Part shown: piece by piece, positions 50,392-59,621 of the stretch
How positions within the stretch are numbered: the stretch's first letter is position 1
Layout: each line of letters opens with the position of its first letter
NCBI GenBank assembly: GCA_963740355.1
Contig: CAVUDW010000003.1
Coordinates: 512,001-576,000 of the forward strand
Length of the DNA stretch: 64,000 bases
From: an uncultured Gemmatimonadaceae bacterium
GTDB lineage: Bacteria; Gemmatimonadota; Gemmatimonadetes; Gemmatimonadales; Gemmatimonadaceae
Direction: 5' to 3'
Made by a program: the position numbers and the translations under genes
The notes under the pieces: model-generated
Database searches by the model: none
What the model saw: only the letters and a program-made list of their open reading frames with translations
Told to the model about the DNA's origin: nothing

Positions 50392-51549
50392 ATGGATCAC
50401 ACGCAGACGCCAGCACTCGAGCAGCCGACGACCCGCTTCCCGTTCAACACCGCACCGACGGAGGGTGGCCACGAGTCGGGCGCCGCCGTGCTCGTCGAGC
50501 GCGACGACAAGGTCACGCGTGCTGGGAAGCCGTATGCGCGGCTCGGGTTTCGCAACAACACGGGATCGGCGACGGTCAATGTCTGGGACAAGCAGTTGCC
50601 CGAGATCGGCGGGATCGGCGTCGGATCGCCGGTGCGCATCGCGCTGACCGGTGGCGCTGGCCAGGACGGGAGCATCGAGTGGAAGTTCACGGCGATCCAG
50701 TCCCTGCCCCCGAACCACGCCGTCAGCCGTGAAGCGATGCCGCAATGCCCCGTCTCGCGGACGGACCTGATCGCGCGGACGACGCGGCTGCTCGACGCCG
50801 TGTCCGATGAGGGGCGGGACCTGTTCAGTCGCGTGATGCGGACACCGGTGCGAGGCGCCGACGGTGTTCTCGCACCATTGAAGCCCGCGTTCGCGCAGGC
50901 CCCCGCGGCACTGGGGCATCATCACGCGCACCTCGGCGGTTTGTGGTGGCACAGCCTCCAAGTCGCAGAAGGCGCCGAAGCCGTGGCGCTGGCGTACCGC
51001 GCGAGCGGTGATGCGCCCGACCTCGACATGGATGCCGTGCGACTCGGTGGGCTGCTGCACGACCTCGGGAAGGTCCTGGAGTACGGGTGGGCCGGCGTGA
51101 TCGCGATGGCGCCGCTGTCCGGTTCGATGTCCCACATGGGCCATGGTCTGCGGCTGATGACCGAGGCACTCACGCGGGCAGAGGTGGTCGAGAATTGGCT
51201 CCCGACATCGCGTCAGCGGCAGCTCGCGGAACACGTGCAGCACATCATCGCGAGCCACCATATGCAGCAGCGTTGGGGTGCGATTTCCGAGCCGGCCAGC
51301 CGCGAGGCCTGGTGCGTGCAGTCGGCCGACATGCTCTCCAGTCGCATTCAGCCATTAACTGACGCCTTCGCGTCGATCACCGACCGCGGTGATCGCCTGG
51401 TGCAGGTGCAGGACGGCTGGAAGAAGAAGTACGTGTTCGCCGCACCCATGCCGACGGCCGTTGGCGAGACAACGATCCCTCAAGCGACACACCACGACGA
51501 CGCCGCACTCGTCACGCTCACACTCGATCCTCAGACCGAGGAGTCCTGA
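50392..51549 (+). CDS. YhaM/CBF1-like OB-fold + HD-domain nuclease
   Basis: TRAGKPY...TGS...VWD OB fold; APAA..HHH...GGL..HSL, LLHDLGK, GH, SHH, ADMLS. Confidence 0.85.
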   Translation: MDHTQTPALEQPTTRFPFNTAPTEGGHESGAAVLVERDDKVTRAGKPYARLGFRNNTGSATVNVWDKQLPEIGGIGVGSPVRIALTGGAGQDGSIEWKFTAIQSLPPNHAVSREAMPQCPVSRTDLIARTTRLLDAVSDEGRDLFSRVMRTPVRGADGVLAPLKPAFAQAPAALGHHHAHLGGLWWHSLQVAEGAEAVALAYRASGDAPDLDMDAVRLGGLLHDLGKVLEYGWAGVIAMAPLSGSMSHMGHGLRLMTEALTRAEVVENWLPTSRQRQLAEHVQHIIASHHMQQRWGAISEPASREAWCVQSADMLSSRIQPLTDAFASITDRGDRLVQVQDGWKKKYVFAAPMPTAVGETTIPQATHHDDAALVTLTLDPQTEES

Positions 51550-51550
51550 C

Positions 51551-51844
51551 ATGGTGGAGCGCGTTCATCCAGCGACACCGTCTCGCACCGCGGCGCGCCA
51601 GATCGCGATCACCACGCACGCACATGCGAGCTACTTACACAGCGCGCTCATCGCGACGGAGCGCATGTTCGGCCGAGACCGTGACCCCGATTTCGACCGC
51701 TGGGTGCGCATGGCGCGGGTGACGCTCTTGGAACTGATCCCCGAAGAAAAGGCGCGCACGCTGCTGCGGGTGACCGAGAACCTGCTGTCGCGACTGAACG
51801 CGTCGCGAGAGGCCACGCCCGTCCACGACAATTGCGGTCGATGA
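51551..51844 (+). CDS. Small hypothetical protein
   Basis: GAGGAG RBS, starts just after the HD gene stop, resembles 10926-11396. Confidence 0.6.
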   Translation: MVERVHPATPSRTAARQIAITTHAHASYLHSALIATERMFGRDRDPDFDRWVRMARVTLLELIPEEKARTLLRVTENLLSRLNASREATPVHDNCGR

Positions 51845-52161
51845 AGACCATCGACGCGGCGCAACGCAGTGATGATCCACGAGACGGCGCCACTCACTGA
51901 AGTGTCGCTCCCGTGGAACCGAACTCGCAGTACGTCGAACCGCGTGGGCCTCACAGGGAACCCGACCCATCCCGCTCCCCCGGATCCACGGCCATGAGGG
52001 CTGTCGGAGATGGCCCACGTGGATGGGCGCGCGGTTTCCACACTGCCACCACAGTCGGCGGCGTGGTACGCAGCGCACCGACATCACGGCCACGAGGGCT
52101 GCGACTTCGGCGCGCAGCGACCACCGCGTCTCGACGTGGCGAGGACCGACACGACTACCGT

Positions 52162-52806
52162 CTACTGCCTCGGCGGCACGCTCCACACCCCAGCCGCATC
52201 GACGCACCACTTCCACTTCGTCAGCACCAAGGTAAGGGCCTCGTAAAAGTCGACGCTCGACGTGTGCCCGACCTCGCACCACTCCGTGCAATATTCCGGA
52301 AGATGCTCCGCGATGGCAGCGACGGTCCACGTCGTGTGCTTGCCGAGCGTGATCACATCCGCCTCGTCGGCCACGCGCCTCGCGAGATGCGCTCGAACGG
52401 CGTCGGTGTCGAGGCGCCCAGTGTCGCGCTGGAAATTGTCCCAGCGGTCGAAGTCGTCGTCCGGCATGTTGGTGTCGTACTTGATGTCCGACACGCAGAT
52501 CCGCTGCGCTATAGGGGCAGCCGCCAGCGTCACAGTCCGTGCGCGCTGCGTCCGCTTCCGGTCGCGCTCTCGCTCCCGCTTCGCCAGCTGGGTCGCGCTC
52601 GGTGCGCCCGTCGGGGCGAGCGAGGCGAGATACTCCTCTAGCGTACCGGCGGCACGCTGCCGGTCGGCTATGTCCTTCGCGACCGTGTTCCGTGATATCT
52701 TGAGTGTTCGCGCGATGCTGGCCTTTTCTTCGTCACGTTCATGGGCCTCACAGACCGCGCGAATCCGCGCGATCCGGTCCTCGTCGCACTGAATCGGTCG
52801 TGCCAT
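52162..52806 (-). CDS. HTH-containing protein, candidate element regulator
   Basis: KASIARTLKISRNTVAKDI helix-turn-helix; AAGGA RBS. Confidence 0.65.
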   Translation of the reverse strand: MARPIQCDEDRIARIRAVCEAHERDEEKASIARTLKISRNTVAKDIADRQRAAGTLEEYLASLAPTGAPSATQLAKRERERDRKRTQRARTVTLAAAPIAQRICVSDIKYDTNMPDDDFDRWDNFQRDTGRLDTDAVRAHLARRVADEADVITLGKHTTWTVAAIAEHLPEYCTEWCEVGHTSSVDFYEALTLVLTKWKWCVDAAGVWSVPPRQ

Positions 52807-52909
52807 GCGTGTCGTCCTTGTGCGGGATGAGGCGCGGTGAGCCCGGAACTCCATCTGCTCAATTGTCCCATTGGGCGTCGGAAGCGAGGGCCGCGGTAGG
52901 CTGACGGAC

Positions 52910-53752
52910 ATGCCACCGTCGACATGCGAACCGACAGCTACTGAACAGGCGCCTTCGGAATTTATTCGGTTCCGCCGCGCCGTCAACGAGGTCTTTGAGG
53001 ATTATCCTCCAGAGACCGTCGGACCAGGCGTTGCCCGACTCCTCCTCGGCGTGCAGCGACGCGTGCTCGACGCCGCGTTGGCGCACCTGTCGCCGTCTGG
53101 CGAGTTCTCAAACCAAGTGCCGGTCGCTCAGCGGGGTGACCCGGCAGCGTCGTCCGCGGAGACAACCGAGCGGCATGGCGATGCTGTCGCTGCATCATCA
53201 GCGCCTCCCGTCGTCGACGTACGCGCGCCGGACACGCGCGTCCGCCCTGAGGTAGTTGCCATCGTCCCATACGGCGGCGCACCGGACGAGCCGCTGATGG
53301 AGCCGACGCCGAATCCGGGGGGCTTGGACCACGTCCCCGAGCAGGTGGTCGCAGACGAAGAGCCCGTCTGGGCGTTCCCGGCGCCCCCGACCCCGACGGC
53401 CGACGCTGTCGATCCCGTCAGGTCAGCGCTCGGCGATGCGGCGACCGCCGCACTCCAGCGCCAGCGCGCTGCGGCCCTCGTTGCCTCGGCAACAGGGCCG
53501 ATGATGCCTGCGGTCTCGCCAGGAGCCGCACCATGCCCCGCCAACGCCCCGTTCGCATCGACCACGTCACGCCCCGTGGCATCGCCGTCGTCATCGAAGA
53601 TCGACCCGGCCGACCGTCGGCCCAACTCCGGTGGTGGGACCCCGCCACGCAGACCACCCAACGGCTGGCCATGGGCATCGCAACGCGCGATGCCCATGGA
53701 CGCCGCTCCCCGCAACACCTCACCCTCCTCCGCGAGCTCGCAGACCGCATGA
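52910..53752 (+). CDS. Hypothetical protein with a helical N-terminus and Pro/Ala-rich tail; 3' end overlaps the integrase and is doubtful
   Basis: Protein-like first ~60 aa; TAGGCT 7 nt before the ATG; divergent from the HTH gene. Confidence 0.4.
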   Translation: MPPSTCEPTATEQAPSEFIRFRRAVNEVFEDYPPETVGPGVARLLLGVQRRVLDAALAHLSPSGEFSNQVPVAQRGDPAASSAETTERHGDAVAASSAPPVVDVRAPDTRVRPEVVAIVPYGGAPDEPLMEPTPNPGGLDHVPEQVVADEEPVWAFPAPPTPTADAVDPVRSALGDAATAALQRQRAAALVASATGPMMPAVSPGAAPCPANAPFASTTSRPVASPSSSKIDPADRRPNSGGGTPPRRPPNGWPWASQRAMPMDAAPRNTSPSSASSQTA

Positions 53753-55413
53753 TTGAAGAACACACTACCACAACCGCCGCGCACACCGCAGCGCCAGCAG
53801 CAACCGAACCGGCGACGATTCGCCACGCGTTCGACACTGCGCTGGACCCGCGTACAGGGAAGGCGCGTGCCGCAGGCTCCGAGCAGAACGCGGACTGGAA
53901 GCGCGCGTCCCGTGAGGCGTTGGCCGCCCTTGGCGCCGAACGGCGGATCCGCGATCTCAGCGGATACGATGCGAAGTTGCTTGTGCAGTCGTGCCTCCTG
54001 CGGCAGGCCGCCGGGCAGTCGCTAGAGGTCTGGACCGAGCACCTCGATGCGGTGCGTGCGAGACGCCCGACCGGTACCCTTCTGACGCTGGACGACCTCT
54101 TGGCGGTGCACGCCGCCCTGTGTCCAGTCGCAGCCACGAATGCGGCGCTTGGCGGCTTGCGCACCTGCGAACTGACGATGCACAACGTCCGGGCGATGCT
54201 GCGATACGTCCGCGCGTACGCACCCGGCACCTTCGCCGGCGTGGAGCAATTCCAACTCGTCGAGCAGTTGGATCTCCTCCTCGCGTCCGTCGCCACAGAA
54301 ATCAACGCGACCGTCAACACGAAGGTCAATCGGCAGCGTCCTGCGCTTGAACACGCACGCCGACTAATGCTCCGCGTCATGGACCCGAGGCATCGCACGC
54401 TCACGATCCTGACGGTGGCCTGTGGACGTCCCGGTGCATACCGGGTGCGCCGCTGTCATATCGAACGCGAGGTCGGCAAGGCGCGGTACCGCATCCGCGA
54501 AACGAAGAGCGACGGATCGCTGGCACTCGGCTACAAGTATGTCGCCGGTCACGCGGCGGCATTCCTCGAGGCGGAGCTGGCGACCACCTTCCGCGACTTC
54601 GAGGCACGCTGGCTCGAATCGCGCGAGGACTATGCGCTCCTGCACGGGCATGACTGGGATGGCACGGCGTTGGTCCCTGACGCGAGCGCCGGCTTGCTCT
54701 ACATCGACCCGCGGTTCCGCCTCCTGCTGATCCTCGGCGTGGAAGGCCGCCTCGAGCAGCAGGGCCGCTTGAGCTATCGCATGCTGCAGCGTGTCGAGGG
54801 TGGGATGCTGGCGCTGCGGAGCCCGGGTCGGGACAAAAAGCGCGCGTCGGACCTCGTGCTGTGTGACGCGCAGGTCGAGGCCATCGCCTTCGAGTGCACC
54901 GTGGGCTTTCTCGCGCCGCTGATGAAGGCGTACGACGCGACGCAGGCGCGGGTGGCACGGGGGCTGACGGCGCCACCTAGCGAGATCGATGTGCACGACT
55001 TCCCTCTCGCGCCCGCAGGCCAACTGGCAATGGGGCAGGCGCGCGCCGTCGCCGTCTCGCTCCAGCCGTCCGATGACCGCACGCTGTGGGACTGGAACAA
55101 GCCGCTGCTCGACGCGCTCGGCATCAAGGGCGAGGGCACGTCGCTGCGCGCGTGGCGGCGCCTGTGCGTCGACCTGTACAAGCAGTGGCGCCTCGATCCG
55201 GATGTGCATCGCCTCGTGACCGGCCACGGCGCGGTGTCCGTCGCTGGCGACCTGCAGCGCGATGACCAGGAGGACACCTTGCAGACCATCTACTTCAATC
55301 AGGCCGCACTGCACCTGGCCCAGGAGGCGCAGGCCGTGATGCAGCACATGCGGACCACGTTTCCGGCATCGGGAGCGCCATACCGCCGAATCGTGACCGA
55401 CACACTGCAGTAG
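53533..55413 (+). CDS. Divergent tyrosine recombinase/integrase
   Basis: AGGAG RBS; N-terminal arm-binding-like region (LRWWDP); LLLILGVEGRLEQ, DKKR, SLRAWRR, VTGH, TIY in canonical order; ends ~130 nt from the tRNA 3' end. Confidence 0.72.
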   Translation: MPRQRPVRIDHVTPRGIAVVIEDRPGRPSAQLRWWDPATQTTQRLAMGIATRDAHGRRSPQHLTLLRELADRMIEEHTTTTAAHTAAPAATEPATIRHAFDTALDPRTGKARAAGSEQNADWKRASREALAALGAERRIRDLSGYDAKLLVQSCLLRQAAGQSLEVWTEHLDAVRARRPTGTLLTLDDLLAVHAALCPVAATNAALGGLRTCELTMHNVRAMLRYVRAYAPGTFAGVEQFQLVEQLDLLLASVATEINATVNTKVNRQRPALEHARRLMLRVMDPRHRTLTILTVACGRPGAYRVRRCHIEREVGKARYRIRETKSDGSLALGYKYVAGHAAAFLEAELATTFRDFEARWLESREDYALLHGHDWDGTALVPDASAGLLYIDPRFRLLLILGVEGRLEQQGRLSYRMLQRVEGGMLALRSPGRDKKRASDLVLCDAQVEAIAFECTVGFLAPLMKAYDATQARVARGLTAPPSEIDVHDFPLAPAGQLAMGQARAVAVSLQPSDDRTLWDWNKPLLDALGIKGEGTSLRAWRRLCVDLYKQWRLDPDVHRLVTGHGAVSVAGDLQRDDQEDTLQTIYFNQAALHLAQEAQAVMQHMRTTFPASGAPYRRIVTDTLQ

Positions 55414-55477
55414 TTCGCCTCGAACTCGCGACCCGATGAGGACAGAATCGGGGACAAAACGACACCAGAAACGGCAC

Positions 55478-55510
55478 CGACCCCCTGAATCGCAAAGATT
55501 CAGGGGGTCG
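55478..55510. terminator. 14-bp perfect hairpin between the convergent integrase and tRNA
   Basis: CGACCCCCTGAATC-GCAAA-GATTCAGGGGGTCG; no clear U-tract. Confidence 0.6.
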
Positions 55511-55540
55511 TAACTCATTATGCTACAATGCTTTTCACTA

Positions 55541-55614
55541 TCGGGACGACAGGATTCGAACCTGCGACCCCCTGAACCCCATTCAGGTGCGCTACCGGGC
55601 TGCGCTACGTCCCG
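55541..55614 (-). tRNA. tRNA-Pro(GGG), CCA not encoded
   Basis: CGGGACGTAGCGCAGCCCGGTAGCGCACCTGAATGGGGTTCAGGGGGTCGCAGGTTCGAATCCTGTCGTCCCGA folds as a cloverleaf with anticodon GGG. Confidence 0.97.
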
Positions 55615-55683
55615 TCAGAACTCCAGCCCAGACCGGCACCGGCGTCCAACAGTCCCCAAAGCTAACCCCGCCACGCCCGCCGT

Positions 55684-57948
55684 TCAATCAGCCAGCGGCA
55701 ATCCCTCTGGGTGCCCATGCGCGCCGGCAAGGAACTCCGCCACCTGCCCGGCGGCACGGACCGGCGCCAGCGCCGTCTTCGCGATCCCCGAAAACACCCG
55801 CGTGATGTCGTGATCGACACGACCCGGCTCCGACCACACCGCGCCACTCGCCACCGTGACGTACGCCGAAAACGTGTGGTGCCCGGTGCCAGGCCGCTCG
55901 CCGATGATGTGCACGATCGCACACCGGTCCCGCCGACCCTCGAACAACGTCTCGCCCACGCGATAGCCGGCCCGCACTCGGCCTGAATGGATCACCAGCT
56001 GCTGCGGCGCGACCTGCCAGCCGGAATCGGCCAACTCATCGCGCAGCGTGTCGACGAATGGCGCGAGCTGATCCGGCTCGATGATCGCAAGCGCGTTCAA
56101 CCCGTCCGACACCAATATCTGCAGATCATACTTGCCCTCGTGCAACGCGCGCATGGTCGCGACCGTCTGCACCGAGCGCGCCGACAGGTGCTCCCCGGTC
56201 ACGGGATGCAGGATGTAATCCTCCCGCGACGTGGATTGCGTCTCGAGCACGACCGCGCGCGACTGTCGCTCGACGAACTCCGACGGCAGTGTCGCCCAGA
56301 ACGCGAGCTTGGCATCGTCGTAGACCGCGCGAATCTGCTGATCGAGCGCGGGCGACAGGTCGCCATTCCGCTCGCCGCACCCTTCAGCGATGAAGATGCC
56401 ACGTGCCCGCACCTCCGCCATCTGCCGCGCCGCCTCGGCACGCAGGTCGGCATCGGGACGAGTGTCACCTCTCCGCCGCTGATACGCGATGAACACGGCA
56501 CCTGAATCACCAAAGTTCGGTCCCGCGCGACCCGCAGCATCCAGCACACCGAGCGATTCGAAAAATACCTGCATCGGAGGATTGACCGCCTTTCCAAACT
56601 GCTCGCGTAGCCGAACGTGATCCTGAAAGCCCGTCGTGAGATACCCGAGCATGGGATCGACCTTCGTCGGCAACGCCATCAGGTACGCCGGACACGCGGG
56701 AAGCACCTGTTCGAGACACCAATCGAGGTCATCGAGCGAGATGTCCATGTGCAGCGTGGCACAGACGTCGAGGCCGATGGTGAGGCCATGCAGCTTGCCC
56801 ATCACCAGGTCCTCGAGACAGCAGCGCACGAGCTGCTCCCGCGTGCGAAATACTTCCGGCCCGATGAATCCGGCGACGTCGTTGACGATCACCCACGGCT
56901 GCGCCTCGCGACCGGCACGTTGCCTCGCCTCGGACGCCCATTCACCGAGCAGCCTCGCAAAGCCGTACTTCCGCGACTCGTGAATCACCATGTCCACACC
57001 ATTCGCGTGGCCGTTCGTGCAGTCCGCCCCCTGCCCCGTCTCGAAATACAGGCTGAATGGGCCGTCACGCGTCGCAGCGTGCGCAATCATGCCGTCAACC
57101 GTGACATCGAACGTCTGGTTCGCGACATCACTCCCCGCGATACTCTGGAACCAGAGCGCCGTGCTACCGGGGTGAGTACGCTCGACTTCCGCCTGCACAT
57201 CGATGTGCGCCAGCACACAGTGCGGAATGGCGTCCTCCAGATCGAACGTGCGGATCACATCCTGCAGCGTGCGCTCGACAACCGCCACCGACCGCGGGTC
57301 ACTCGAGACGGGATTGGTGCCGAGTAGGACGTCACCCACACCGTACGACCAGCCATCGAACACCTGCCACCGGATATCGTCCGGATGGTCGGTCGGCGAA
57401 TTCGGCTGCAGGCGCGCGCCGAGGAAACCCGCAGCCCCGATGGAACTTCCGGGCAACGCATGCGAAAACTTTGCACTGACGCGAATCAACTCGTCGTTCG
57501 TGAGCAGCTTGACGACGCAACCAATCACTTCGCTCGAGAGGTGTCGCGCAATGCCGTTCAGCGACTCGGCGCTTCCACGGAGCATCATCGTTGCGAGCTC
57601 ACCAAGTGTCGTGTCAGCAGACATCTCCCGCGCCACGGGATCGATGCGCGCGCTAAGCACGTGCGACAGCTGGTCGTCGAACAACGGATGCTCGTCGATG
57701 GCACCGAGTGTGGTGGCGCGCAACAAGGCCCTCGCCACTCCTCGACTTGTGTCATCACTTGCCCCCACACCAACGGCGACGTCGCCCTCCTTGTGTTCGT
57801 TTGCCGCGCCGAGCAACTGACCGAACCGGCGCCTGTCATACGCACCGTGAGTCCGGATCAGATAGGCGAAGATGTCCTCGCCAGGCAGCGCCTCGGCCAA
57901 CGCCGTCGTGGGCGGCGGGGCAGACGTCGCAGACAGAATCTCGTCCAT
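55684..57948 (-). CDS. eutB: Ethanolamine ammonia-lyase, fused large (EutB) and small (EutC) subunits
   Basis: ARLQPN, GTNP, YFETGQG, GFIGPE, DPMLGY, then EutC motifs SDGLNA, IGERPG, SAYVT in one frame. Confidence 0.9.
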   Translation of the reverse strand: MDEILSATSAPPPTTALAEALPGEDIFAYLIRTHGAYDRRRFGQLLGAANEHKEGDVAVGVGASDDTSRGVARALLRATTLGAIDEHPLFDDQLSHVLSARIDPVAREMSADTTLGELATMMLRGSAESLNGIARHLSSEVIGCVVKLLTNDELIRVSAKFSHALPGSSIGAAGFLGARLQPNSPTDHPDDIRWQVFDGWSYGVGDVLLGTNPVSSDPRSVAVVERTLQDVIRTFDLEDAIPHCVLAHIDVQAEVERTHPGSTALWFQSIAGSDVANQTFDVTVDGMIAHAATRDGPFSLYFETGQGADCTNGHANGVDMVIHESRKYGFARLLGEWASEARQRAGREAQPWVIVNDVAGFIGPEVFRTREQLVRCCLEDLVMGKLHGLTIGLDVCATLHMDISLDDLDWCLEQVLPACPAYLMALPTKVDPMLGYLTTGFQDHVRLREQFGKAVNPPMQVFFESLGVLDAAGRAGPNFGDSGAVFIAYQRRRGDTRPDADLRAEAARQMAEVRARGIFIAEGCGERNGDLSPALDQQIRAVYDDAKLAFWATLPSEFVERQSRAVVLETQSTSREDYILHPVTGEHLSARSVQTVATMRALHEGKYDLQILVSDGLNALAIIEPDQLAPFVDTLRDELADSGWQVAPQQLVIHSGRVRAGYRVGETLFEGRRDRCAIVHIIGERPGTGHHTFSAYVTVASGAVWSEPGRVDHDITRVFSGIAKTALAPVRAAGQVAEFLAGAHGHPEGLPLAD

Positions 57949-57956
57949 TGGCACTC

Positions 57957-59348
57957 CTACGAAACGTCGACCGCAGGCAAAATGGCGGGATCGTTGGCAG
58001 CCGCGGTACGTCGAGTCGCGGTCGTCAGGAAATAGAGATAGCCCACCACGCCCAATCCGACAAACAACGTCGCCATCAGCGGATTGAAGTACACCATGGT
58101 CAGCAGGCAGATCACGGCCGCCATCAGCGCAAAGCCCGGGAAAATCGGGAACGCCGGTGCGCGGAACGGTCGAGCCATCCCGGGCGCCGCACGTCGCAAC
58201 CGGAACAGGCTCGCCATGCTCATGATGTACATCACGATCGCGCCGAACACCGACAGCGTGACGATGCTGGCCGTCAACGGCTGGCCGGCAACCGTCACGA
58301 ATCGGTCACCGAAAACTGCCGCGATCCCGACCGCCCCGCCGGCGGCAATCGCCGCAACCGGTGTACCGCGCCGCGGATGGATGGTCCCGAGCACCTTCGG
58401 CAGGTAGCCGGCGCGCGACAGTGCAAAAATCTGCCGCGAATAACCGATGATGATGCCATGGAACGACGCCAGCAGACCGAACAGGCCAAGCCACACCAAC
58501 ATGTGCAGCCATCCGCTCTGTGAGCCAACAATCATCTTCATCGCCTGCGGCAAGGGATCGTTGATGTTCGCCAGCTGCCGCCAGTCGCCACTGCCGCCGG
58601 CAAATACCATGACGCCGATTGCGAGCAGCGCGAGAGTCGCGATGCCACCGATGTAGGCGATCGGGATCGAGCGGTGCGGCGTCTTCGCTTCCTCGGCTGC
58701 CATCGCCACGCCTTCGATCGCGAGAAAGAACCAGATGGCGAATGGAATCGCCGCCACGATGCCGCTCACTGAGCCAAGCGAGAACCGATCGGCGCCGCTC
58801 CAACCGCCGCGCGTGAAGTTCGCGAGCGTGAAGCCTGGGGCCACGACGCCCATGAACACCAGCAGCTCGACGATCGCGACGATGGTCACGATCAGCTCGA
58901 AGCTGGCGGCGATCGTCATCCCGATAATGTTGAGCGCCATGAACACGACGTACGCACCGACGGCAATCCACGTGGCACTGACGGACGGGAACTGCACGTT
59001 CATGTAGGCGCCGATGGCCAATGCAATTGCGGGTGGTGCAAACACGAACTCGACCAGTGTGGCAAAGCCGGCGATGTACCCGCCCGTGGGGCCGAATGCG
59101 CGTCGGCTGTACTCGAAAGGCCCACCGGCATGCGGGATCGCTGTCGTGAGCTCCGTGAAGCTGAAGATGAACGTGGTGTACATCAGCGTGATGAACGCCA
59201 CGGTCACCAGAAACCCAAGCGTCCCAGCCGATGCCCAGCCGTAGCTCCATCCGAAGTACTCGCCGGAGATGACGAGTCCGACCGCGATGCCCCAGAGCTG
59301 GAACGTGCCAAGCGTCTTTCCGAGAACACCGGGTGCGGACGCGTTCAC
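57957..59348 (-). CDS. eat: Ethanolamine permease
   Basis: LWGIAVGLVISGEYFGWSYG, IPHAGGPF, FAIWFFLAIEG. Confidence 0.93.
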   Translation of the reverse strand: MNASAPGVLGKTLGTFQLWGIAVGLVISGEYFGWSYGWASAGTLGFLVTVAFITLMYTTFIFSFTELTTAIPHAGGPFEYSRRAFGPTGGYIAGFATLVEFVFAPPAIALAIGAYMNVQFPSVSATWIAVGAYVVFMALNIIGMTIAASFELIVTIVAIVELLVFMGVVAPGFTLANFTRGGWSGADRFSLGSVSGIVAAIPFAIWFFLAIEGVAMAAEEAKTPHRSIPIAYIGGIATLALLAIGVMVFAGGSGDWRQLANINDPLPQAMKMIVGSQSGWLHMLVWLGLFGLLASFHGIIIGYSRQIFALSRAGYLPKVLGTIHPRRGTPVAAIAAGGAVGIAAVFGDRFVTVAGQPLTASIVTLSVFGAIVMYIMSMASLFRLRRAAPGMARPFRAPAFPIFPGFALMAAVICLLTMVYFNPLMATLFVGLGVVGYLYFLTTATRRTAAANDPAILPAVDVS

Positions 59349-59621
59349 GTGGGCTGGTCAGAGGGGAATCGATGCGATGCGCCGGACGTCGTGATGTAAC
59401 CACATCAGGACCGTGTCGATTGTCCAGTCGCAATACGAAGGGGCGACACAAGGATAGCAGATGAGCGTGAGTTCTCATCCCAATGTTCGTGCATGGCCGT
59501 CTCGAACGCGGCACACGGCGTCGGTGTCCCACAGACAGCGGCTCACCGTTGCAGATTCAATGCAGATACCGATGCCGTCATCCCGTTGATCGGTGGCACT
59601 TCCTCACATTCGGACCATCCA

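Larger units (their letters stand above)
1..55540. mobile_element. Heavy-metal resistance genomic island / integrative element(s) inserted at tRNA-Pro(GGG); left boundary outside the window
   Basis: Integrase-like gene abuts the tRNA 3' end; dense metal-resistance cargo, duplicated and decayed modules; intact housekeeping-type genes only on the other side of the tRNA. No second att copy was seen in the window. Confidence 0.75.

Noticed and set aside
51845..52246. Short + strand ORFs after 51844
   Set aside because: Several competing tiny frames with no motif or paralog support
1..55540. Second att copy (repeat of the tRNA-Pro 3' end)
   Set aside because: Not found by eye; probably left of the window, needs an exact search
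59349..59621. Cobalamin riboswitch upstream of eat/eutBC
   Set aside because: No recognisable B12-box or conserved core
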